Shown here: piece by piece, positions 42,331 through 50,657 of the stretch
How the letters are laid out: the number at the start of each line of letters is the position of its first letter
How positions within the stretch are numbered: position 1 is the stretch's first letter
Position numbers and translations under genes: made by a program
Notes under the pieces: model-generated
What the model saw: only the letters and a program-made list of their open reading frames with translations
Told to the model about the DNA's origin: nothing
Databases searched by the model: none
Assembly: GCA_963792395.1 (NCBI GenBank)
Contig: CAWBWE010000020.1
Coordinates: 169,255 to 233,254, forward strand
Length of the DNA: 64,000 nt
Source of the DNA: an uncultured Bacteroidales bacterium
GTDB taxonomy: Bacteria > Bacteroidota > Bacteroidia > Bacteroidales > GCA-2748055
Direction of reading: 5' to 3'

Positions 42331-44016
42331 ATGAGAAAAACCTCCCTTATAGCCTTACTGCTTCTGACGATGATCCCTGCCCCGGCAGGAGCTCAATCCA
42401 TTGTGAATACGCTGCACAATCTTTCTGCTACGGGTCCGGGGGATGTGCGGGCTGTATCAGAATCAGAAATCTGCATCTTTTGCCATACCCCGCATAACAG
42501 CCTGCCTTCCAGTCCACTCTGGAATAAAGACGATCCGGGGTATACCTACACGCTCTATCATAGTTCCACTGCAGAAGCCGTACCGGGACAGCCCGATGGT
42601 TCCTCCATCCTTTGCCTTAGCTGCCATGATGGGACTACAGCACTTGGAAGCGTATTAAGCAGGACCGGGGATATTGGCTTTTCAGGGGGAATTACCACCC
42701 TTCCACCGGGATCTTCCAATTTCTCTACCGATCTGGCCGATGATCATCCCATCTCCTTCGACTACACCACAGGACTGGCGGCTGCTGATGGTCAGCTAAA
42801 GGACCCTTCGGCTATTATCCCCCCGGTAGCCCTTCAGAACGAACGAATGCAGTGTACCTCCTGTCACGATCCTCACCGGAACCTGAGCAATGATTTTCTG
42901 GTGCTCACCAATCAGTTTTCGGAACTGTGTTTTAGCTGTCATAACCGCAATTTCTGGTCCTTTTCAAGCCACGCTAACTCCTCGGCAAGCTGGAATGGAA
43001 ACGGCCCGGATCCCTGGCCGCATACCTCTTATCTGAATGTGGCCGAGAATGCCTGCGAAAACTGCCATCTTCCGCACAGTGCAGGGAACCCTCAGCGACT
43101 CCTGAATGAGCTTGCAGAAGAGAACAACTGCCTTCCCTGTCACAATGGCAATGTGGCCTCCACCAATTTAGTGATGCAGCTGGCCAAGCCCTATCTGCAT
43201 AATGTTTATGCCTATAACCTGGAACATGATGCGGCAGAGGATCCCCTGGTCCTCTCCCTGCATGTGGAGTGTGAGGATTGTCATAATCCACATGCGGTGA
43301 GTCAAACTCCGGCACTGGCTCCGGCCGCCAATGGATTTCTCACCGGGAGCTCCGGGGTGGACCAGAGCGGAAATCCAGTGGTTCCCATTCAGTATGCCTA
43401 TGAACTGTGTTACCGCTGTCATGCCGATAGTCCGGCCAAACCCAGCAGTCAAACCACCCGGCAAATTGAACAGGACAATGTGAGACTGGAATTCGATCCG
43501 GTGAATCCTTCCCACCACGCGGTCACCTCCCCGGGAGCGAATCCCAATGTCCCCAGCCTGATTGCACCTCTTAGCGAATCGAGTATGATCTACTGTACCG
43601 ACTGCCATTCCAGTGATGGATCGGGCTCCCCGGCAGGGCCCCATGGGTCCATCTATCCGGCGCTGCTAAAATACCAGTACCAGACCGCTGATCATACCGT
43701 GGAATCAGCGTCGGCCTACGAACTATGCTACAGCTGTCACAGCAGGACCAGCATCCTGAATGATGAATCCTTTGGATCACATGAGGAGCATATCCGGGAT
43801 ATAGGTGCCCCCTGCAATGCCTGCCACGATCCGCACGGGGTCAGCCATACCCAGGGTAACAGCACCAACCATGCTCATTTGATTAATTTTGATCTGAGCA
43901 TTGTCTCCCCGGCCAATAATGGCTTATTATCTTTTGAGAGTCTGGGGGTATTCTCGGGACGCTGCTACCTGAACTGCCACGGGCAGAATCACATGGGCTT
44001 TGCTTTTGAGTATTAG
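42331..44016 (+). CDS. multihaem c-type cytochrome (11 CXXCH + 1 CX3CH)
   Basis: Signal peptide MRKTSLIALLLLTMIPAPAGAQS. There are eleven CXXCH motifs plus a C-terminal CYLNCH. No gap separates it from the upstream gene. Confidence 0.88.
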   Translation: MRKTSLIALLLLTMIPAPAGAQSIVNTLHNLSATGPGDVRAVSESEICIFCHTPHNSLPSSPLWNKDDPGYTYTLYHSSTAEAVPGQPDGSSILCLSCHDGTTALGSVLSRTGDIGFSGGITTLPPGSSNFSTDLADDHPISFDYTTGLAAADGQLKDPSAIIPPVALQNERMQCTSCHDPHRNLSNDFLVLTNQFSELCFSCHNRNFWSFSSHANSSASWNGNGPDPWPHTSYLNVAENACENCHLPHSAGNPQRLLNELAEENNCLPCHNGNVASTNLVMQLAKPYLHNVYAYNLEHDAAEDPLVLSLHVECEDCHNPHAVSQTPALAPAANGFLTGSSGVDQSGNPVVPIQYAYELCYRCHADSPAKPSSQTTRQIEQDNVRLEFDPVNPSHHAVTSPGANPNVPSLIAPLSESSMIYCTDCHSSDGSGSPAGPHGSIYPALLKYQYQTADHTVESASAYELCYSCHSRTSILNDESFGSHEEHIRDIGAPCNACHDPHGVSHTQGNSTNHAHLINFDLSIVSPANNGLLSFESLGVFSGRCYLNCHGQNHMGFAFEY

Positions 44017-45386
44017 AGTTTTTCCAGCTCCACGGTAAAGTGACGCATGAGGGGGGCCTCGTACCGGATCTTATACCCTCTGCTTATATGCTCCCTTCGT
44101 TTGTAAACGTTGATCAGGGCAGCGGCCACATAGTCCATATGGTTCCGGGTATAGACCCGGCGGGGTATGGTCAGACGCAGCAGTTCCAGCCTGGGGTAAC
44201 GGTTTTCCCGGGTTTCCGGATCACGATCCGCCAGGAGGGTTCCTATCTCCACGGCCCTGATCCCCGACTCCAGGTACAGCTCGGCAGCCAGAGTTTGCGC
44301 GATAAACTCCTCCCGGGGTACCCGGGGAAGAAAGCGGGTGGCATCCACAAAAATGGCGTGTCCCCCGAATGGCTCCTGTACGGGAATACCGGCTTCCCTG
44401 AGCAGTTCGCCCAGGTAATGGACCTGGGAAATCCTGCTCTCCAGGAATCCAAAGGTGGTGGCCTCTTCCAGCCCCCGGGCCAGGGCGGCCATATCTCTTC
44501 CTGACATTCCCCCGTAGGTAATATAGCCTTCAAACAGGATGTTAAAGGTGGAAGCCTCCCGGTAGAGGGCCTGGCTTCGGAGAGCAATAAATCCTCCCAT
44601 ATTCACGATCCCGTCTTTTTTGCTGCTCATGGTCATCCCATCCGCATAGGAGAACATCTCCCGGATAATTTCCCTGATGGACCGGGTTTTATAGGCCTTT
44701 TCCCTGGTTTTGATAAAGTAGGCATTTTCAGCAAATCTGGCGGCATCAAAGATCACTGGGATCCCGTACTGATCTGCGAACTGGCGAACAGCTTTCAGGT
44801 TCTCCATGCTCACGGGTTGTCCCCCCGTTGAATTACAGGTGACCGTTACGATGATCATGGGAATCCGCTCCTTTCCGTAAACCTGCACGAGGTTTTCCAG
44901 CTTACTGATATCCAGATTGCCCTTGAAAGGGTGATATATACGGGTGTCGCCGGCCTCATCAATGGTACAATCAAAAGCAGTGGCCCTGCGGAACTCGATA
45001 TGTCCCTTGGTGGTATCGAAATGGGCATTGCCCGGAACCACCTGTCCCTCTTTCACCAGCACTGAAAAAAGTACGTTTTCAGCAGCTCTTCCCTGGTGGG
45101 TCGGAAGAACATAGGGGAAACCGGTTAATGAAGTGATGACCTCCTTCAGGCGGTCGAAGGATTTGCTTCCGGCATAGGCTTCGTCGCCGCTCATAAGAGC
45201 CGACCATTGCTCCTGACTCATGGCCCCGGTTCCCGAATCGGTCAGCAGGTCGATAAATACCTGGGTGCTCTTCAGGTTGAAGAGGTTGTAACGGGCTTCT
45301 TTGAGCCACACTTCCCGTTCCGTCCTTGTGCTGGGGTACATGGGTTCGACCATCTTTATTTTGTATGGTTCTGCGTAAGGTAACAT
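44013..45386 (-). CDS. tnaA: tryptophanase (beta-eliminating lyase family)
   Basis: Intact 457-aa ORF. It reads IDLLTDSGTGAMS, FDTTKGHIE, DAARFAENAYFIK and the PLP-lysine region MSSKKDG. These motifs are closer to TnaA than to tyrosine phenol-lyase. Confidence 0.85.
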   Translation of the reverse strand: MLPYAEPYKIKMVEPMYPSTRTEREVWLKEARYNLFNLKSTQVFIDLLTDSGTGAMSQEQWSALMSGDEAYAGSKSFDRLKEVITSLTGFPYVLPTHQGRAAENVLFSVLVKEGQVVPGNAHFDTTKGHIEFRRATAFDCTIDEAGDTRIYHPFKGNLDISKLENLVQVYGKERIPMIIVTVTCNSTGGQPVSMENLKAVRQFADQYGIPVIFDAARFAENAYFIKTREKAYKTRSIREIIREMFSYADGMTMSSKKDGIVNMGGFIALRSQALYREASTFNILFEGYITYGGMSGRDMAALARGLEEATTFGFLESRISQVHYLGELLREAGIPVQEPFGGHAIFVDATRFLPRVPREEFIAQTLAAELYLESGIRAVEIGTLLADRDPETRENRYPRLELLRLTIPRRVYTRNHMDYVAAALINVYKRREHISRGYKIRYEAPLMRHFTVELEKL

Positions 45387-45610
45387 GGGATATTGTATTC
45401 TGAATTAAGTTAAAATGGATCTATGATAAACGAAGACACATCCTACGGCCGGCATACGCTGGGACGCAGGTGCTGGCGCTAAAACCTGTCCCTTTGTTTG
45501 ATATTCAGGAACAGCTGCTTGGATGAGATAGGTATATGAAACTTCATCTCTGATACAAAGGTAGCCGGATAGTGGGAAACGAGCTGAATGAGAAGGATGT
45601 TTTTGGGCAG

Positions 45611-46750
45611 CTACTGAGCCTGCCGGGAGAGGTACTCCTCGTAATAACGGGAGATAATTTCAGCCTCTTTTACTTTAGCTTCCTGCATTCTGACCTGGTA
45701 GTCCTTTTTGGATTCCCCCTTTCTTCTTGGCTCAAAAATGGGGTCAGCAGCCAGTTCATCCCCCAACTCTTTTTCAAAATATTTCAGGACATATATTTCA
45801 GGCAGCCCCCAGCGAGTCAGGTCCCTGGCATAACTAATGCTGTAAAAGGAGTTCCCGTCGGGAAAAAAAACCAGGTCCATCACCGCTCCGCCATTCTCCA
45901 GTAACTGGTGGATCTTTTCGCCGCTTTCCACCTCCCACAGGATCAGCGACTGGTCGGCCGATCCGGTTACCAGGTGTCTGCCATCTGGACTAAACTCAGC
46001 TTCCAGGACCATATCGGTGTGTCCTTTCAGTATATGAAGCAGCTTCTCCTCTTTCAGATCATAGATCCTGGCGGATTTGTCTTTGGAGCATGCCACCAGC
46101 AGGTTTCCGTCCGGACTGAATTCCACATCGTAAATATCATCGGAGGGTCCATGAAGCGCAGAGATCACCTGTCTGCTCTCCCTGTCCCAGATTAGAATGC
46201 TCTGGTCATTACCCGCACTGGCTATAAAGCGACTGTCCGGACTTATACTTACGGCCAAACATGCATCCGTATGCCCGCGCATTTTTTCCAACAGGCTTCT
46301 GTTATTGACATCCCAGAGCAGGAAGGTCTTATTCATGGCAGAAGAGACGGCCCATTTGCCATCACGGCTGATCTCTGTATTCCAGATGGTGGTTGCATGA
46401 CCCGGCAAATCACTGAGGTGCTTTCCGCTTCTGTCCCAAAGTTTAATCATATTGGCTCCCGCAGTGAGTATAAAATCCATTTTTGGGGGCATATCCATGG
46501 CATTAACCGCTTTTGTGTGAGCTCCTTCCATCTCCAGAATTACCGAAAAACTATCCGGGTTCAACAGGCGGAACGATCCGTCATCAAAGCCGGCCAGCAG
46601 GAGAGTGCCGTCCGGTGACAGGTTTATGGAAGTTAAGGGCACCTTAAAGAGCTGCCGTTTCAGAATAAAGTTTTCGTTCTGAGCATCGCTGCGGGTCGAA
46701 GCTCCCCAGATCAGCAGAAATAGGATGAACAATCGGTAAATTGTATGCAC
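45611..46750 (-). CDS. secreted WD40-repeat beta-propeller protein
   Basis: Signal peptide MHTIYRLFILFLLIWGASTRSDAQ. There are about seven WD-like repeats (e.g. LKGHTDMVLEAEFSPDGRHLVTGSADQSLILWE), then a charged helical tail. Confidence 0.75.
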   Translation of the reverse strand: MHTIYRLFILFLLIWGASTRSDAQNENFILKRQLFKVPLTSINLSPDGTLLLAGFDDGSFRLLNPDSFSVILEMEGAHTKAVNAMDMPPKMDFILTAGANMIKLWDRSGKHLSDLPGHATTIWNTEISRDGKWAVSSAMNKTFLLWDVNNRSLLEKMRGHTDACLAVSISPDSRFIASAGNDQSILIWDRESRQVISALHGPSDDIYDVEFSPDGNLLVACSKDKSARIYDLKEEKLLHILKGHTDMVLEAEFSPDGRHLVTGSADQSLILWEVESGEKIHQLLENGGAVMDLVFFPDGNSFYSISYARDLTRWGLPEIYVLKYFEKELGDELAADPIFEPRRKGESKKDYQVRMQEAKVKEAEIISRYYEEYLSRQAQ

Positions 46751-46882
46751 GCCGGAAAGATACCTATTTCAAGCAAAATACCCAATAATAGGGATCGGTA
46801 GCAAGGCATCATGCTCTATTTTTGCATGTCTGTGATCCTTATGGGGTTTTGTTTGTTATAATAGTCTGAAAGGAGTTGGAAA

Positions 46883-48145
46883 ATGGTGGAGATAGCTAGT
46901 GGATATGTGAGGGAGCTGGCAGGACTGCTGAATGAAATGTCGCCGTACCTGCTTCTGGGTTTTTTGTTTGCCGGAATTCTAAGGGTCGTATTCCCCAGGC
47001 AGGTGATTACCAGGTATATGGGTCAAAACAACTTCAGGTCTGTGTTTAATGCTTCCCTGCTGGGTGTTCCCATGCCACTCTGTTCCTGCGGAGTGCTGCC
47101 AGCCGGGATTGGATTTTACAGGAACGGAGCCTCCAGAGGTCCTACCATCTCCTTTTTAATTTCCACCCCTCAGACCGGAGTTGATTCCATCCTGGCCACC
47201 TATTCCCTGCTGGGACTCCCACTGGCTATTATCAGGCCTGTGGTTGCTCTTTTTACAGGCTTGCTGGGAGGGGTCCTGGGAAATGTTGTGGAAAAAAATG
47301 GAGCCGATGATAAAGGCAAGGAGCGGAATAAGGAAGAGGATTATGAGAGATCTGTCAAAGAGCTATTCAGGTATGGATTTGTGGAGCTGATACAGGATAT
47401 CTCCAAGTGGCTGATCCTAGGAATGCTGGTGGCGGCGCTGCTTGCCGTGTTGATTCCCAATGATTTTTTCACCAGTACTATCTCCAGTGAGTACCTGGCT
47501 ATGCTTTTGATGATAGCAGCTTCGGTACCCCTCTACATCTGTGCCACCGGATCCATTCCCATTGCTGCTGTTTTGCTGATGAAGGGACTGGCTCCAGGGG
47601 CTGCACTGGTCCTTCTTATGGCCGGCCCGGCCACAAATATCGCCACGATGGCTGTGATAGGTAATACGCTGGGAAAAAAATCCCTGTGGGTCTATCTGGG
47701 AAGCATAATCGGAGGAGCCCTGTTTTTCGGGATTCTGGTGAATGAACTCTTACCCAGGGAGTGGTTTACCGGAGCCTTATCTTCGACGATTCATGTGCAT
47801 GAACACGGCACCGGATGGTTCAAATGGGCCTCATCCGCCCTGTTGGTGCTTCTGATTCTGAATGGGTATGTATTGAAACTGTTCTCCTCGAAAAATGAAC
47901 GGAGGAGAGACCGGGAAAAAGCGAAACATATGAAAACGAATATTCTTAAGTACCAGGTGGAGGGAATGACCTGCGATCATTGCAAGGCCACCGTTGAAAA
48001 GGGGCTGATGGATCTCCAGGGAGTTTCGGAGGTATTGGCCGACCGGACCAATAACCAGGTGAGTATACAGGCAGAATCTGTTTCAGATGAGCAGATTATG
48101 AAGACCATAGAAAAGCTGGGCTACAGGTATGTAGGGAAGCTTTAA
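46883..48145 (+). CDS. permease (SO_0444/DUF318-type putative metal transporter) fused to a C-terminal heavy-metal-associated domain
   Basis: Multi-pass protein with the PLCSCGVLP motif. The C-terminus YQVEGMTCDHCKATVEKGL is an HMA MxCxxC domain. Confidence 0.7.
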   Translation: MVEIASGYVRELAGLLNEMSPYLLLGFLFAGILRVVFPRQVITRYMGQNNFRSVFNASLLGVPMPLCSCGVLPAGIGFYRNGASRGPTISFLISTPQTGVDSILATYSLLGLPLAIIRPVVALFTGLLGGVLGNVVEKNGADDKGKERNKEEDYERSVKELFRYGFVELIQDISKWLILGMLVAALLAVLIPNDFFTSTISSEYLAMLLMIAASVPLYICATGSIPIAAVLLMKGLAPGAALVLLMAGPATNIATMAVIGNTLGKKSLWVYLGSIIGGALFFGILVNELLPREWFTGALSSTIHVHEHGTGWFKWASSALLVLLILNGYVLKLFSSKNERRRDREKAKHMKTNILKYQVEGMTCDHCKATVEKGLMDLQGVSEVLADRTNNQVSIQAESVSDEQIMKTIEKLGYRYVGKL

Positions 48146-48148
48146 GAG

Positions 48149-50620
48149 ATGACCCTGAATGATCTACATACAGGAGATTCTGCTACCATAGCCAGGATCA
48201 GGGGACGCGGAGCCTTTCGCAAGCGCCTGACGGAGATGGGCTTTATACGCGGGAAAGCCATTACCGTTGTAAAGTCCGCGCCCCTCAGGGATCCGGTGGA
48301 GTACCGGATCCTGGACAGCAATGTGTCATTGCGCCGAAGCGAAGCGGACCTGGTGGAGGTTGTTTCAGAGACCGAATTCCGGAGTGCTGAACCCCTGGCT
48401 CCTGGTTTTATTGCCGATGCTCTTCAGAGGGGACCGGTGGTGCCCAGAACCGGGAAAATCATTGATGTGGCACTGGTGGGAAATCCAAACAGCGGCAAGA
48501 CCACCCTCTTTAACCGCGTTTCCCGTTCCAGGGAGCATGTGGGTAATTATTCCGGGGTGACCGTCGGTTCGAAGGAGGCTCTTTTCCATCACAAGGGTTA
48601 TACCTTTCGTATCACGGACCTGCCCGGCACTTATTCTCTTTCCGATTACTCCAGCGAGGAGCGCTTTGTTCGGGAGCACATCCTTCAAAAAAAGCCCGAT
48701 GTGGTGGTCAATGTGGTTGATGCCAATAACCTGGAAAGGAACCTTTATCTCACCAGTCAGCTGATCGACATGGATGTGACCGTGGTGCTTGCCCTGAATA
48801 TGTATGATGACCTTCTGGCCAAAAAGGATAAAATTGACCTGGCTTTGCTTAGCAGGCTTCTCGGGATCCGGGTGGTCCCTACCATCAGTACCCGGGGAAA
48901 AGGAATTTACAGGTTATTGAATCATGTGATCCGGGTTTTCGAAAATCAGGATCCGGATATCAGGCACATCCACATCAACTATGGAGAGGAGATTGAGCAA
49001 TCGGTGCATAAACTCCAGGAGTTGATTCGCCTTACTCCCTCCCTGACGGATCACTATTCCTCCAGGTTCATTTCCCTGAAATTACTGGAACGGGATGATA
49101 ATTGTGCCTATTTGATTTCAGGGGCAGAGAATTTCGCGGAGATCCAGGCCCTGGCCCGCGAGGAAAGCGAGCGTATTAAAAGGCTTTTCCGGGATGACAC
49201 GGATACCTTGATCACAGATGCCCGTTACGGGTTTGTGGCGGGAGCTCTGAAGGAAACCATGAGAAGGAGCGGGGCCGATCCCGGGTTCTCGCGATCCCAG
49301 CGTATTGATCGTATACTCACTCATAAGTATCTGGGATTTCCCATATTTCTGGGATTTCTCTGGCTGATGTTTCATGCCACCTTTTCCCTGGGGAACTACC
49401 CCATGGGCTGGATCGAACAGGGAGTGGATCTGCTGGGCCGGTTTTTCCATACAAACATGGCGGAAGGTATCTTCCGGGATATGCTGGTGGACGGAGTGAT
49501 CGGAGGGGTGGGTGGAGTGATTGTATTTCTTCCCAATATTCTCATTCTGTTTTTCTTTATCTCCCTGATGGAGGATACTGGCTATATGGCCCGCACCGCG
49601 TTTATTATGGATAAGGTAATGCACCTGTTTGGCCTTCACGGGAAGTCCTTTATCCCGCTGATCATGGGATTTGGATGTAATGTGCCCGCCATCATGGCCA
49701 CCAGGACCCTGGAGAACCGGAACGACCGGCTGCTTACCATGCTGATCATCCCATTTATGTCCTGCAGTGCCAGGCTACCTGTCTATGTGCTGGTGGCCGG
49801 GGCCATCTTCCCTGAAAAAGCAGGGCATGTCATCTTTATGCTCTATATGCTGGGGGTTGGATTTTCTTTGGTTATGTCCATCCTCTTTAAGAAAATCCTG
49901 TTTAAAAACAGGGAGGCACCTTTTGTGATGGAGTTGCCCATATACCGGAATCCCGGGATCCGGGTGATCCTGCGCCATATGTGGACCAAGGGAGCGCACT
50001 ATCTGAAAAAGATGGGTGGAGTGATCCTGGTGGCTTCGCTGGTCATTTGGGTGCTTGGCTATTTTCCCAGAAATGTGGAATATTCACAGGATTATAAGCA
50101 GCTAATGGAGTTGGAAAAACTAAAGGATCCGGAGGAACCCACCCCTGAGTTTTTGCAGCTTAACCGGCAGATGGAGGCGGAGCGGCAGCAAAACTCATAC
50201 ATTGGCCGGATTGGCAAGACCATTGAGCCGGTCATCCGTCCCCTGGGCTTTGACTGGAAGATGGGGATCAGTCTTGTAACGGGATTTGCAGCCAAGGAAA
50301 TTGTGGTAAGCACCATGGGGGTTCTCTACCAGGCGGACCCCAACGAGGTGGATGGAACTGCCTCCCTGCAGCAGAGGATCAGGGAGGAGGTTTACACTGC
50401 AGGACCCGCTGCGGGGACGCGGGTGTTTACCCCCCTGACCGGCATCTCCTTTCTCCTTTTTGTATTATTCTATCTCCCTTGTGTAGCGGTTATTGCGACT
50501 GTGGGCAGGGAGTCGGGAAGCTGGAAATGGGCCGCTTTTGTGCTCTTCTATACAACGGTCATCGCCTGGTCCGCCAGTTTTGTAGTTTACCAGTTGGGCA
50601 GTTTATTCCAACTGGGATGA
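48149..50620 (+). CDS. feoB: ferrous iron transporter FeoA-FeoB fusion
   Basis: The N-terminal FeoA-like SH3 part reads GDSATIARIRGRGAFRKRLTEMGF. The G-domain reads VALVGNPNSGKTTLFN...ITDLPGTYSL. A polytopic FeoB membrane domain follows. Intact 823 aa. Confidence 0.9.
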   Translation: MTLNDLHTGDSATIARIRGRGAFRKRLTEMGFIRGKAITVVKSAPLRDPVEYRILDSNVSLRRSEADLVEVVSETEFRSAEPLAPGFIADALQRGPVVPRTGKIIDVALVGNPNSGKTTLFNRVSRSREHVGNYSGVTVGSKEALFHHKGYTFRITDLPGTYSLSDYSSEERFVREHILQKKPDVVVNVVDANNLERNLYLTSQLIDMDVTVVLALNMYDDLLAKKDKIDLALLSRLLGIRVVPTISTRGKGIYRLLNHVIRVFENQDPDIRHIHINYGEEIEQSVHKLQELIRLTPSLTDHYSSRFISLKLLERDDNCAYLISGAENFAEIQALAREESERIKRLFRDDTDTLITDARYGFVAGALKETMRRSGADPGFSRSQRIDRILTHKYLGFPIFLGFLWLMFHATFSLGNYPMGWIEQGVDLLGRFFHTNMAEGIFRDMLVDGVIGGVGGVIVFLPNILILFFFISLMEDTGYMARTAFIMDKVMHLFGLHGKSFIPLIMGFGCNVPAIMATRTLENRNDRLLTMLIIPFMSCSARLPVYVLVAGAIFPEKAGHVIFMLYMLGVGFSLVMSILFKKILFKNREAPFVMELPIYRNPGIRVILRHMWTKGAHYLKKMGGVILVASLVIWVLGYFPRNVEYSQDYKQLMELEKLKDPEEPTPEFLQLNRQMEAERQQNSYIGRIGKTIEPVIRPLGFDWKMGISLVTGFAAKEIVVSTMGVLYQADPNEVDGTASLQQRIREEVYTAGPAAGTRVFTPLTGISFLLFVLFYLPCVAVIATVGRESGSWKWAAFVLFYTTVIAWSASFVVYQLGSLFQLG

Positions 50621-50657
50621 TTTTACTATATTGTGCCCCCTTATAAATTGTAACTCT

